This document shows positions 40,739 to 49,685 of a stretch of 64,000 bases of DNA, piece by piece. A program made the position numbers and the translations under genes. The number at the start of each line of letters is the position of its first letter. The first letter of the stretch is position 1. The notes under the pieces were generated by a model. It saw nothing but the letters and a program-made list of their open reading frames with translations, was not told where the DNA came from and made no database searches. Origin of the DNA: Chitinivibrionales bacterium (GTDB lineage: Bacteria > Fibrobacterota > Chitinivibrionia > Chitinivibrionales > WJKA01); contig JBBRUX010000012.1 of assembly GCA_038247415.1 (NCBI GenBank), positions 22,339-86,338 on the forward strand. The letters are read 5' to 3'.

Positions 40739-42031
40739 ATGTTTCGAGCAGCAATTCTTGTGGCAATGGTAGCGCTATCGGTAGCCGCGCAGGTCAATGT
40801 TTCGGTTGACTGGAATACTGTCAAGTACGCAATCAAGGGACTCAAAGACGCTGGCATCACCAACATCTGCATCAATATCCCCGATGGGCTGACCTCCTCC
40901 AATCAGGTAACGAATATCGCAGGATTCGCTTCCTTCTGTGCCGATCTGGTGAGAATCGTAAATGTGGACAATCATCTTGGTGTCAAGTACTGGGAGCTCC
41001 CCAACGAACGCGACGGGACTCTTAACGGCAAACAAGAAGCTGCGGTCTTTAACGCCGCAGCCACCGCCATGAAAAACGTTGATAATACAATAAAAACCGG
41101 CGGCCCCGCAGTGTCACGTCCCAATTACTCCGATCAGATCAAAACGTTCGTTGATTCGACACTCAGCAATCTCGACTTTTTGAGCTTCCATTGCTATGGT
41201 GGCGGTGGCGGCATGACCGATGAGGCCGTGTGGAACGCAGCCGGCGCCACGTGGTATAGCCAGTACATGTCGGACTATCTCAAGCAGAAAAGCCCGAATC
41301 GGCGAATTCCCGTTTTCTATGATGAATTCAATGTTGCGTGGTCGTGGAATCTGGCTCAAGCGCAGCAGAACGGGATATGCGGGGCGATCTACGATGCGCT
41401 CAGTATGTGTTTGTCAAGCGATGCCGGTCCCGGATCAATGGTATTTGCTGCATGGAATGAGATGGACGGTTCGTACGGAAAGATGGATAACAGCTATACC
41501 CTTCGCCCTGCAGCACACGTGTACCACATCTTCAACACCTTTGTCTACGGCGACCGCATAGCCACTAACAGCGGCAAAGACTCGGTTATTGTTCCGTTTG
41601 CATCTAAGTCGCCGGACGGACGGCATTCACTGGTCTTGACCAACCGAACCAAATCGCAGCGAACCGTATCGGTCTCGTTTGCTGGGTGGACGCCGACGAC
41701 CCCGCTCGAAGCGTATCAGCTCACGTCGTCAGGGTACGGTCAAATCATCTCGGTGGCTGCAAATCAACTTGCAAACATCACGCTTCCTGCCCAGTCGATT
41801 ACCGCATTGACAAATACGATCGGCACGACAATCTACAACGTGCCGGCACGTGCCAAGGTCCTCTGTGCAGCCCCGGTCAAGCGCAGGCCAGAACTGACGA
41901 TTCTGGGAATGAATCTTACCCATGGGGATGGTGCGGTGCTTCTAGTTAGTGGGAGACTCATCCCCGGCATTAGCGGTCGAAACAGGTCGTTGCGCCAAAT
42001 CGGCGTTGTGAATGCCAATGAACCCCATTGA
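40739..42031 (+). CDS. Secreted GH39-like (clan GH-A) hydrolase, probably with an N-terminal internal deletion
   Basis: Signal peptide; YWELPNE, GGPA, LDFLSFH, FYDEFN; the first barrel strands appear missing between KYAI and KGLK. Confidence 0.7.
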   Translation: MFRAAILVAMVALSVAAQVNVSVDWNTVKYAIKGLKDAGITNICINIPDGLTSSNQVTNIAGFASFCADLVRIVNVDNHLGVKYWELPNERDGTLNGKQEAAVFNAAATAMKNVDNTIKTGGPAVSRPNYSDQIKTFVDSTLSNLDFLSFHCYGGGGGMTDEAVWNAAGATWYSQYMSDYLKQKSPNRRIPVFYDEFNVAWSWNLAQAQQNGICGAIYDALSMCLSSDAGPGSMVFAAWNEMDGSYGKMDNSYTLRPAAHVYHIFNTFVYGDRIATNSGKDSVIVPFASKSPDGRHSLVLTNRTKSQRTVSVSFAGWTPTTPLEAYQLTSSGYGQIISVAANQLANITLPAQSITALTNTIGTTIYNVPARAKVLCAAPVKRRPELTILGMNLTHGDGAVLLVSGRLIPGISGRNRSLRQIGVVNANEPH

Positions 42032-42090
42032 GGGAACTTCGACGTTCCAGAGGCGTATTGACTGATAGGTAGAAGGCGCCATGAGTCCAA

Positions 42091-42335
42091 TCAGGGCCGA
42101 TTCATCCCCATCGAACCCCGATCGACCAGCGAACAGACTCCGGGAATGTTTCCCTTCGCATGCGTCGGCAATGGAAGATCTCCAACGAGGATGTGGGCGG
42201 CGAGATAGCCCAGACGGGAGAAGCCAAAGTCAACGGATGAGAAAGGGAGAATGCAGTTCTCCGGGAGATTGTCAAAGGAGACGAGGGAGATGTCGTTGGG
42301 GATCTTGAAGCCGGCCACGTGCAGCCACGCCCACG
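42091..42335 (-). pseudogene. GntR/LacI-type regulator C-terminal fragment
   Basis: GFKIPNDISLVSFDN...SSVDFGFSRLGYLAAH...LVDRGS. Confidence 0.75.
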
Positions 42336-42339
42336 GGCA

Positions 42340-42511
42340 GATTCCCAAAACGTCGTTGAGCGCGGTGATAAATGATTATTGGGGAGCACAGAGACCGCAA
42401 GGAATTGCCTATGATGTGGGCGCCCATGAGTATTCTGCTGTCACCCGCGCTGCCCCGCCAATCCTGAGGATCGATCCGCAATCTGGTGCACAGGATTTCA
42501 AGTTCTTCTAG
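42340..42511 (+). pseudogene. Choice-of-anchor-Q-like C-terminal fragment
   Basis: DYWGAQRPQGIAYDVGAHEY. Confidence 0.6.
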
Positions 42512-42691
42512 ATTCGCCGAAGCAGTCGTCTGCCATTCGCCGATTCCTTTTGGTCAATAAATCAGGAAAGTGATTCGCCAGATGATGGTGGTAATTAAGT
42601 AAGTATGCACAAATGCCGCAATAAAGCGATCTTATCATACGAATTTGCACTCAAAAGGATGCTATCGTTTGATTGTACGTTCTGCTCAAGC

Positions 42692-42758
42692 TTCGAGAAG
42701 ACTGTCTCGGGCAAGTATCGGATTATGATGGGAGTCTCACCGCAGGAAATGGCCGATG
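42692..42758 (+). repeat. Relic copy of part of the homocysteine methyltransferase gene (matches 50205-50271)
   Basis: 58/67 nt identical by manual alignment. Confidence 0.85.
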
Positions 42759-42797
42759 ATGAAACAATAAAACCTTCGTAAGGGTTATTTTATACAA

Positions 42798-42935
42798 TGT
42801 GATGTGATGTGATGTTTTTTTTGACTTTTCAACTTTTTAGCGGTATATTATTTGAGAAGCTTAATGCAGTTCATGTTAGAATGGGTGCCATATACCTCAT
42901 AACCTATTGATACTAATTATCATGACAAAAAAACA
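42798..42935 (+). promoter_or_regulatory. Duplicated promoter, copy 1: (TGTGA)3 + TTGACT-N17-TATATT + leader
   Basis: Aligns with 44046-44183; -35 at 42821, -10 at 42844. Confidence 0.85.
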
Positions 42936-42974
42936 ATACTTCAGAACCAAACAAAAATTCGAAAAGAAACCTGT

Positions 42975-43985
42975 ATGAAAAAGAATATGCGCGAATGGAC
43001 CACGTCGATTATTAATTCTCAGAAACGCCTCGCAATGCCCATCATGACATACCCGGGCCTTGACCTTATCGATAAAAAGATTACTGATGCAATAACTAAC
43101 GGCGAAGTTCATTTTGCGTGTATCGAGGCTTTGAGCAAAAAATACGCATCGAGCGCAACCACCAGCATTATGGATTTGTCGCTTGAAGCTGAGACATTCG
43201 GCAGTCCTATAGCCTTCTCTGATGATGAGGTCCCAACAGTTACAAATAAGATTCTTTGTGGCCCGGAAGACGTTCAGGCGCTCAGAGTGCCCAAGTCCGG
43301 GGAAAAGCGAACCGCCGAATACATTAAGGCCGTGAAATTAGCTGCAGCGACAATTAGCGATAAGCCGATTTTTGGCGGCATTATCGGCCCGTACTCTTTA
43401 AGCGGACGGCTCTATGATATGACAGAAATTATGATCGCAATTCTGTCCGAGCCCGACACGATCCATGAACTGCTTGATAAAACAACACAATTTCTAAGCT
43501 CGTACGCGCAATCCATGAAAGACGTAGGTGCAAACGGAATCATAATCGCAGAACCCGCAGCAGGACTCCTTTCCCCTGACCAGTGCCATGAATTCTCTTC
43601 GCAGTATGTAAGAAGAATCGTTGATGCAGTACAGGATGATTCTTTCATGGTAGTACTTCACAACTGCGGAGCAGACCCCAGTCATGTTCCAACTATGCTG
43701 TCAACAGGCGCGCTGGGTTTGCATTTCGGGAATAAAGTCAATATGCTGGAAATCGTGGAGCTACTTCCTGAAACAATTATTCTATTTGGTAATATCGATC
43801 CGGCAAGAATAATTAAAAACGGAACTGCCGATGAAGTCGCTGATGCTACAAGCAACCTTCTTAACAGCGTCGCCCATTTTAGGAATTTTGTATTGTCATC
43901 GGGCTGTGATATTCCGCCGTATACGCCCATTGCCAATATAGAGGCTTTCTATGGAGCTCTGGCGGATTATAATAAGAACAGATAA
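42975..43985 (+). CDS. UroD/MtaA-CmuA family corrinoid methyltransferase
   Basis: DLSLEAE, GPYSL, AEPAAGLLSP, Zn motif HNCG, GNIDP, SSGCDIP. Confidence 0.88.
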   Translation: MKKNMREWTTSIINSQKRLAMPIMTYPGLDLIDKKITDAITNGEVHFACIEALSKKYASSATTSIMDLSLEAETFGSPIAFSDDEVPTVTNKILCGPEDVQALRVPKSGEKRTAEYIKAVKLAAATISDKPIFGGIIGPYSLSGRLYDMTEIMIAILSEPDTIHELLDKTTQFLSSYAQSMKDVGANGIIIAEPAAGLLSPDQCHEFSSQYVRRIVDAVQDDSFMVVLHNCGADPSHVPTMLSTGALGLHFGNKVNMLEIVELLPETIILFGNIDPARIIKNGTADEVADATSNLLNSVAHFRNFVLSSGCDIPPYTPIANIEAFYGALADYNKNR

Positions 43986-44045
43986 CTCCATTTAAATAGT
44001 TGAGGCAAATGAGATACTGACGAAGTAATTTCCCCTGAAAGTAGT

Positions 44046-44183
44046 TGTGATGTGATGTGATGTTTTTTTGACTTTTCAACTTTTTGGCGGTATATTATTT
44101 GAGAATCTTACTGTAGTTCATGTTAGAATGGCTGCGAAATATCTTATAACCTATTGATAAGAAAGAACATGACAAAAAAAACA
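44046..44183 (+). promoter_or_regulatory. Duplicated promoter, copy 2
   Basis: (TGTGA)3 at 44046-44060, -35 TTGACT 44068, -10 TATATT 44091. Confidence 0.85.
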
Positions 44184-45212
44184 CAACCGCATATTCCAAT
44201 ATACCGACGCATTGCCGATGAGTATAAAGAATCTATCACGCTTTTGCGGTACAAACCAGGCGATCGGGTTGATTCAATTGTGGAGTTGCAGAAGCGCCAC
44301 AGTGTTTCCCGAGAAACAGCCAAACAGGTACTTAAGCAACTGGTTGACGATGGGCTTATCGTATCGCAGGCTGGGAAGGGATCATTTATTGCCGATTTTC
44401 GTGCTCGACGGAAAATCTGGGGGATTATTCTTCCATTCTTCTCGACGTTTTACGAGGAGATTGTAGACAGATTGCGTGAACAAGCTGTAGGAGCCGGAAG
44501 ACAGCTTGAGCTTTTTGTTAGCTACAATAATTGGGAAGAAGAAATCAGACGCGTTGGAGAGTTGGTGAATGACCGTTACGAAGCCATAATCGTTGTTCCA
44601 ACACTTGATGAATCAAAAACAGCTCCGTTCTATCGGAGATTAACAGCACGAAATACCGTTGTTGTGCTTTTGGATCATACGATGACCAGATCATTCTTTA
44701 GCTATGTGATCCAGAGCTATGACTTGGGCGTTTCCCGCGCTCTTGAGTTTCTGATGGATTCCACACGGGGATCCATCGCCTTTGTGCACAGCGAAACGTG
44801 GTCGGGACGCAATTTCGTTTTGGAAATGATGGAAGAAACCTATAAGCAGTCGCTCGAAGCGAAACGTCCATCGCGTCAACCTGTTGTTGTGGATAGTGTC
44901 AAAAAGATCGACATTCAGTGGCTTCAATCAAACGACATCACCGGCATTTTCTGCTGCGACGATACGATTGCTGTCCGTGTGATTGGTCGCCTTAAGGATG
45001 CTGGTATTTCTGTGCCGGGGGATGTGCGTGTTGTAAGCTACGGAAACACCGATGTTGCCCGATACTTTACTCCTGCAATAACTTCTGTTGATTGTCATAT
45101 AGAAGAGATGGTCGCCAAAACAACCGAAATAATTATCACCGGCCTTAAAGGCGAAGATATCAAGCTCGATCAATTTGTCATTCAACCCGATCTTCTTATT
45201 CGCGAAACCTGA
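44169..45212 (+). CDS. GntR-HTH plus LacI-type sugar-binding regulator (AraR-like)
   Basis: YRRIAD..VSRETAKQVL..GKGSFI; CCDD, VPGDV.VVSY, ITSVD, LLIRET. Confidence 0.9.
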   Translation: MTKKTQPHIPIYRRIADEYKESITLLRYKPGDRVDSIVELQKRHSVSRETAKQVLKQLVDDGLIVSQAGKGSFIADFRARRKIWGIILPFFSTFYEEIVDRLREQAVGAGRQLELFVSYNNWEEEIRRVGELVNDRYEAIIVVPTLDESKTAPFYRRLTARNTVVVLLDHTMTRSFFSYVIQSYDLGVSRALEFLMDSTRGSIAFVHSETWSGRNFVLEMMEETYKQSLEAKRPSRQPVVVDSVKKIDIQWLQSNDITGIFCCDDTIAVRVIGRLKDAGISVPGDVRVVSYGNTDVARYFTPAITSVDCHIEEMVAKTTEIIITGLKGEDIKLDQFVIQPDLLIRET

Positions 45213-45233
45213 CCACTTACAAAAGGAACCGCC

Positions 45234-45632
45234 ATGCCGAAGTATTCGAATCTTGCAATTTCCGATCCGCGCCAGCTGGTGTTTGGTGTTGCCCCTCATC
45301 CCGTAACCACCCGGCGGGGTCTGGTAATTGGTGGGGGAGAGGTGTATCCCGAACTCAATTTCACCCTTCCTCCTATGGAAATGACCAGCGCAACACTTGA
45401 GCATGTCAAAACTCAGTATCGGGCAACAAAGGCTGCGGCGCTCAAGGCCCTTGAGCTGATTGAAAAGGCGCATAGCAGTGGCACCTTGACAATTCCCGAA
45501 ATGGAAGTGTCCTGGATCGTGATGCTGGGCGACACACTCAGTGCATTACCTGCCAACCGCGATGCGTTTATTTCGCAGGTTCTGCCAACTCTTGACGAGT
45601 CGAAGTTCCTGAAAGAAGAATATCTTCTTTGA
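45234..45632 (+). pseudogene. mtaB: MtaB (methanol:corrinoid methyltransferase) with large in-frame internal deletion
   Basis: N-terminal LVFGVAPHPVTTRRGLVIGGGEVYPELNF joined at YR to C-terminal ATKAAALKAL...KFLKEEYLL; 132 aa versus about 460 aa for MtaB. Confidence 0.8.
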
Positions 45633-45681
45633 CAACAGGATACACTGATCACACCCACTTATATATCTCAAAGGAGCTTGT

Positions 45682-46350
45682 ATGACCGAATTGCTTTCGA
45701 AAATTGCCATCTGTGTCGAACGGGGCAAAATCAACAAAGTTTCTCCCTACCCACCCGACCTCAAAGGCCAGGATGGCGCCGATGAACTGACCCGTGCAGC
45801 TCTGGACGCAGGAGCAAAACCGCAGGATCTCCTCCAGCAGGCGCTTATTGTCGGCATGCAAAAGATCGGCGTGCGATTTCGCGAAAATAAAGTCTTTGTC
45901 CCCGATGTTCTCATGGCCGCAAAAGCCATGAGCGCTGCCATGAAGCATCTCAAGCCGTATTTTCTTTCCGGAGAAGTGCAGCGCAAGGGAACGTTTGTCA
46001 TCGGGACTGTGATCGGCGATCTGCATGACATTGGAAAAAACCTTGTTTCGATGATGGTTGAAGGCGCAGGCTGGGAAGTGGTCGATCTGGGCGTTGATGT
46101 GGCACCCGAAAAATTCATCAAATCCATAGAGGAACATCCTGGCTGCGTGGTCGGCCTTTCAGCTCTGTTGACAACAACGATGATCAACATGGAAAAGACG
46201 GTTGCCGCACTCAAGGAAAAACATCCCACAACAAAAGTTTTGGTGGGTGGAGCGCCCCTTACCCAGGATTTCGCAACAAAAATTGGCGCCGACAGCTTTT
46301 CTGCCGACCCTCAGGGGGCGGTGGATTATCTGAATCGGCTAGCGGCATAG
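45682..46350 (+). CDS. Corrinoid (B12-binding) protein, MtaC/MtbC-like
   Basis: Cap domain FVPDVLMAA, DLHDIGKN (DxHxxG), DLGVDV, SALLTTT, VGGAP. Confidence 0.95.
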   Translation: MTELLSKIAICVERGKINKVSPYPPDLKGQDGADELTRAALDAGAKPQDLLQQALIVGMQKIGVRFRENKVFVPDVLMAAKAMSAAMKHLKPYFLSGEVQRKGTFVIGTVIGDLHDIGKNLVSMMVEGAGWEVVDLGVDVAPEKFIKSIEEHPGCVVGLSALLTTTMINMEKTVAALKEKHPTTKVLVGGAPLTQDFATKIGADSFSADPQGAVDYLNRLAA

Positions 46351-46407
46351 TCACCATTTGGCAAACGCTTGACAACGCATGTGTTGCTTAGTCAAGGAGC
46401 TTACGAT

Positions 46408-47085
46408 ATGAATGCAGTCACTTTCGAAATTCCTCTGGAAGCCTTGTCGATCGAGCCAGCGGATATTTCGGCGATTTTGGGGTATGGGGCGGATGTTCCC
46501 TCTCCCGTGGAAGATGCCATCCGTGAATGTATCTCGAAGGCAGCTCTCATGCCGCCACTTATCGGCGGGTATCGGGTTATCGAATTGGTAGAGTTGGCGA
46601 GCGATACGCTCTCTGCCAATAATGTTGTCATGCACATCGGTGATACCATTGCGCGTCAATTGATACATACGAAGCGGGTGGCAGTTTTCGCCTGCACCGC
46701 CGGTCCTGCTCTAGAGAAGTGGTCAAAGGAGCTTATGGAGCAGGATGAATTTGTTGTCGGCTATGTTGCGGATACACTGGCATCGGAGGCGGTGGAGCGT
46801 GCCATGGATCGCATCCAGACAAGCCTGCGCAAGGAAAGGGCTTTGGAGAGAGACGCCATTACGCTACGCTACAGCCCAGGATATTGCGGATGGCCGGTTG
46901 CCGATCAACATGCGCTTTTTTCTCTTCTTCCTGAGCGTTTCTGTGGCATAGAACTAACGCAGTCGGCGCTCATGACACCCATTAAGTCCATAAGCGGGAT
47001 CATTGGTATCGGTAAATCGGTACAGGAGCTGCAGTATGGTTGCAGTATTTGTGAATTGACAACATGCTTTCGGCGAAAAAAATAG
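46408..47085 (+). CDS. Stand-alone B12-dependent methionine synthase activation domain
   Basis: FACTAG, RYSPGY, M.PIKSISGIIG, C-terminal CSIC...C. Confidence 0.88.
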   Translation: MNAVTFEIPLEALSIEPADISAILGYGADVPSPVEDAIRECISKAALMPPLIGGYRVIELVELASDTLSANNVVMHIGDTIARQLIHTKRVAVFACTAGPALEKWSKELMEQDEFVVGYVADTLASEAVERAMDRIQTSLRKERALERDAITLRYSPGYCGWPVADQHALFSLLPERFCGIELTQSALMTPIKSISGIIGIGKSVQELQYGCSICELTTCFRRKK

Positions 47086-47130
47086 AAATCCCAAACCACG
47101 CTTTATAATAAGGCGAACAAGGAGAGATAA

Positions 47131-48303
47131 ATGGATGCCCAGGAAATGAAGGCACTTTACGAGAGTACCTGTTCATACACAAATGTAGACGTCAAGCTGG
47201 GCAACATGTCTCCGCGCGACCGTTTTTTTGCCATAATGGACTTCAAGAAATACGATCGCATTATAGATTGTGAATTTGGATACTGGAACGACACATTAAG
47301 GCGCTGGCATGGCGAAGGACTTCCAAAAGAGGTTGTTGACAACGATGCGGCTGATATCTATTTCGGATTTGACGTGTGGAAAAAGCACCTTCCTATTTCT
47401 ACAGGAATTTTTCCTGCTTTTGCAGAAGAAATTATCGAGCAGCAAGGCTCATACACTATAAAATACGATGGGGATCGCGTAAAATGTAAAGTGTTTACTG
47501 ATGGGGCCGATACTATTCCGCATTATCTTGATTTTCCCATTAAAGATCGCGAGTCTTATTTGCCCTTTAAGCAGCGTTTATTGCCGCAAATCCATGATCG
47601 TCTACCTACCCGGATAGAGGAAATCGCACATACCGTTAAAAACCGCAACTACATACTTGAGCTTTTTGCCGGCAGCACAGCAGGTCTTATGCGCAATTTA
47701 ATGGGTTTTGAGGGCATATGCCTTAATGTGTATATGCAGCCGGAATTAATTGACGAAATACTCAATGACCTCGGAGATTTATATACGGCAATTGCTGCAG
47801 AAGCAACGCGTCATTTAGATGTCGATCTCATTGCTTGGTGGGAAGATATCGCTTTTAAAACGGGACCTATTGTTCCGCCCGACTGGTTTTCTGAAAAATG
47901 TGGGACAATTTACAAAAGAGTTATGGATCTGTATCACGCAAAGGGCACCCGCTTTTCGTTTGTCGACTGCGATGGCGATAATAGATTGCTGGTTCCAACA
48001 TGGATCGACAATGGTGTCAATATCGTGTTCCCTCTGGAGGTTAATGCGGGTATTCATCCCCAAACGCTTCGGAGCGTGTATCCACTGGTACGCATGATGG
48101 GCGGGTTTGACAAGGTGGTGCTGATGCAGGGCAAGGATGCTATCAAAAAAGAGTTGCTTCGTCTGAAACCAATTGTAGACGAAGGTGGGTTTATCCCCCA
48201 CGTTGACCATCGCGTGCAAGCAGATGTAGCGTTTATTGACTATTGTTATTATCTCGAAGCAAAACGCGATATCTTCGGAATTGACAATTCGATTAGACGC
48301 TGA
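47131..48303 (+). CDS. UroD-family protein
   Basis: EFGYW..TL.RW..EG, WEDIAFK.GP, VDCDGD, FPLEV.AG, GGFDK, GGFIPHVDH. Confidence 0.85.
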   Translation: MDAQEMKALYESTCSYTNVDVKLGNMSPRDRFFAIMDFKKYDRIIDCEFGYWNDTLRRWHGEGLPKEVVDNDAADIYFGFDVWKKHLPISTGIFPAFAEEIIEQQGSYTIKYDGDRVKCKVFTDGADTIPHYLDFPIKDRESYLPFKQRLLPQIHDRLPTRIEEIAHTVKNRNYILELFAGSTAGLMRNLMGFEGICLNVYMQPELIDEILNDLGDLYTAIAAEATRHLDVDLIAWWEDIAFKTGPIVPPDWFSEKCGTIYKRVMDLYHAKGTRFSFVDCDGDNRLLVPTWIDNGVNIVFPLEVNAGIHPQTLRSVYPLVRMMGGFDKVVLMQGKDAIKKELLRLKPIVDEGGFIPHVDHRVQADVAFIDYCYYLEAKRDIFGIDNSIRR

Positions 48304-48399
48304 TTGATTGCGATTGCATATGCGGACATGATTTAAGCAACATCTTTGTTGGCAGCAGGATCAAGCTCGAACAAAGAGAAAAAAAGAAGAGGTTAGAAA

Positions 48400-49638
48400 A
48401 TGACTATCAACTTAGAAAAAGACAAAGCCGTTCTTAGAACCCTTGGGGAAAGAGTAAAACAGATTGCCATGCTTCCCGAACAGACAGCGCAAAAAAAGCT
48501 TCTTTCAGATCTGAATTCTCTAAAGGCTGACCGGCCGGTTGTGCTATCATTTCCAGAGGGTGCGTGGTCTGAGTTAGTGCCACAAACAGTTCTTCAATGT
48601 GAAAATGATTTGTTTCGTAGCTGGGAACGGCAGCTACGGCAGATTATTTACCAGTGGGAAGTGATTAAAGATGACTCTGCCGTGGATGAATACTTCAATA
48701 TTGGATGGACATTTTCTTCGGGCGATTTTGGCTTCGACATTCCACTTAGTCATGGAGATAACAGAGGAAGCTATACATGGGAACATCCTATCAAGGATTT
48801 AGAAAATGACTTCCCGAAATTGAAATTCAGAGAGCCCTGCCTTGATCGCACTGCAACGATGAAGCAGCTTGAAATTGCACAAGACATGTTCTCAGGCATT
48901 CTTGAACCACGGATTCATGGAAATTTATGGTGGACAACGGGTCTCACCGCAACTGCAACAAACCTGGTGGGTTTGGAGAATTTCATGGTTCTGATGCTCA
49001 CTGAGCCAGAAGGAATGCATAGACTGATGGCCTGGCTAAGAGATGAGCAAATTCATTTCCTTGATTGGTGCGAAGAACGCGGAATCCTAAGCCTCAATAA
49101 CGGATGCGACCATGTTGGGTCTGGAGGATGGGGCTTGACCAAGGAACTTCCTAAATCGCATTCGTCAAAGATTTCTTTATCTGATTTGTGGGGCCTTTCT
49201 GAATCACAAGAAAGTGTTGGAATTTCTCCCGATCTGTTTGGAGAATTCATCTTTCCCTATCAAGTACCAGTTGTTGAGAATTTCGGCCTTTCCTGCTATG
49301 GATGCTGTGAGGGGATTCAAGATCGGTTAGAGTACATTTTGAAGATCCCCAATTTGAGGCGAATATCGGTTTCACCATGGGCAGATCAAGAGAAAATTGC
49401 GGATAGCGTTAATGGCAAATATGTATTTAGCCGCAAGCCGAATCCTTCTGATATCTGTATGGCGTTCAATGAGGATTCAATAAGAAATGATATCCACAAA
49501 ACTTTAGAAATAGCAGGTTTCGGCTCATTGGAGATAATTTTGAAAGACACGCACACTGTTAATAATGAACCATGGCGAATAAGTGAATGGGTTCGTATAG
49601 CTCGTTCAGAGGTTGATAAATTTATGTCGAAGAAATGA
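48400..49638 (+). CDS. Divergent UroD/MetE-superfamily protein
   Basis: GLENFM, ESQESVGISP, YGCCE, RRISVSPW, FSRKPNP, LKDTHT. Confidence 0.7.
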   Translation: MTINLEKDKAVLRTLGERVKQIAMLPEQTAQKKLLSDLNSLKADRPVVLSFPEGAWSELVPQTVLQCENDLFRSWERQLRQIIYQWEVIKDDSAVDEYFNIGWTFSSGDFGFDIPLSHGDNRGSYTWEHPIKDLENDFPKLKFREPCLDRTATMKQLEIAQDMFSGILEPRIHGNLWWTTGLTATATNLVGLENFMVLMLTEPEGMHRLMAWLRDEQIHFLDWCEERGILSLNNGCDHVGSGGWGLTKELPKSHSSKISLSDLWGLSESQESVGISPDLFGEFIFPYQVPVVENFGLSCYGCCEGIQDRLEYILKIPNLRRISVSPWADQEKIADSVNGKYVFSRKPNPSDICMAFNEDSIRNDIHKTLEIAGFGSLEIILKDTHTVNNEPWRISEWVRIARSEVDKFMSKK

Positions 49639-49685
49639 GTTGCAGGTCGAAATGGGCATCTGACGCTTCGCAACGAGGAGGTAGT

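Noticed and set aside
42520..42975. Cobalamin or SAM riboswitch expected before the corrinoid cluster
   Set aside because: No B12 box or S-box features seen; the region is explained by relics and the duplicated promoter.
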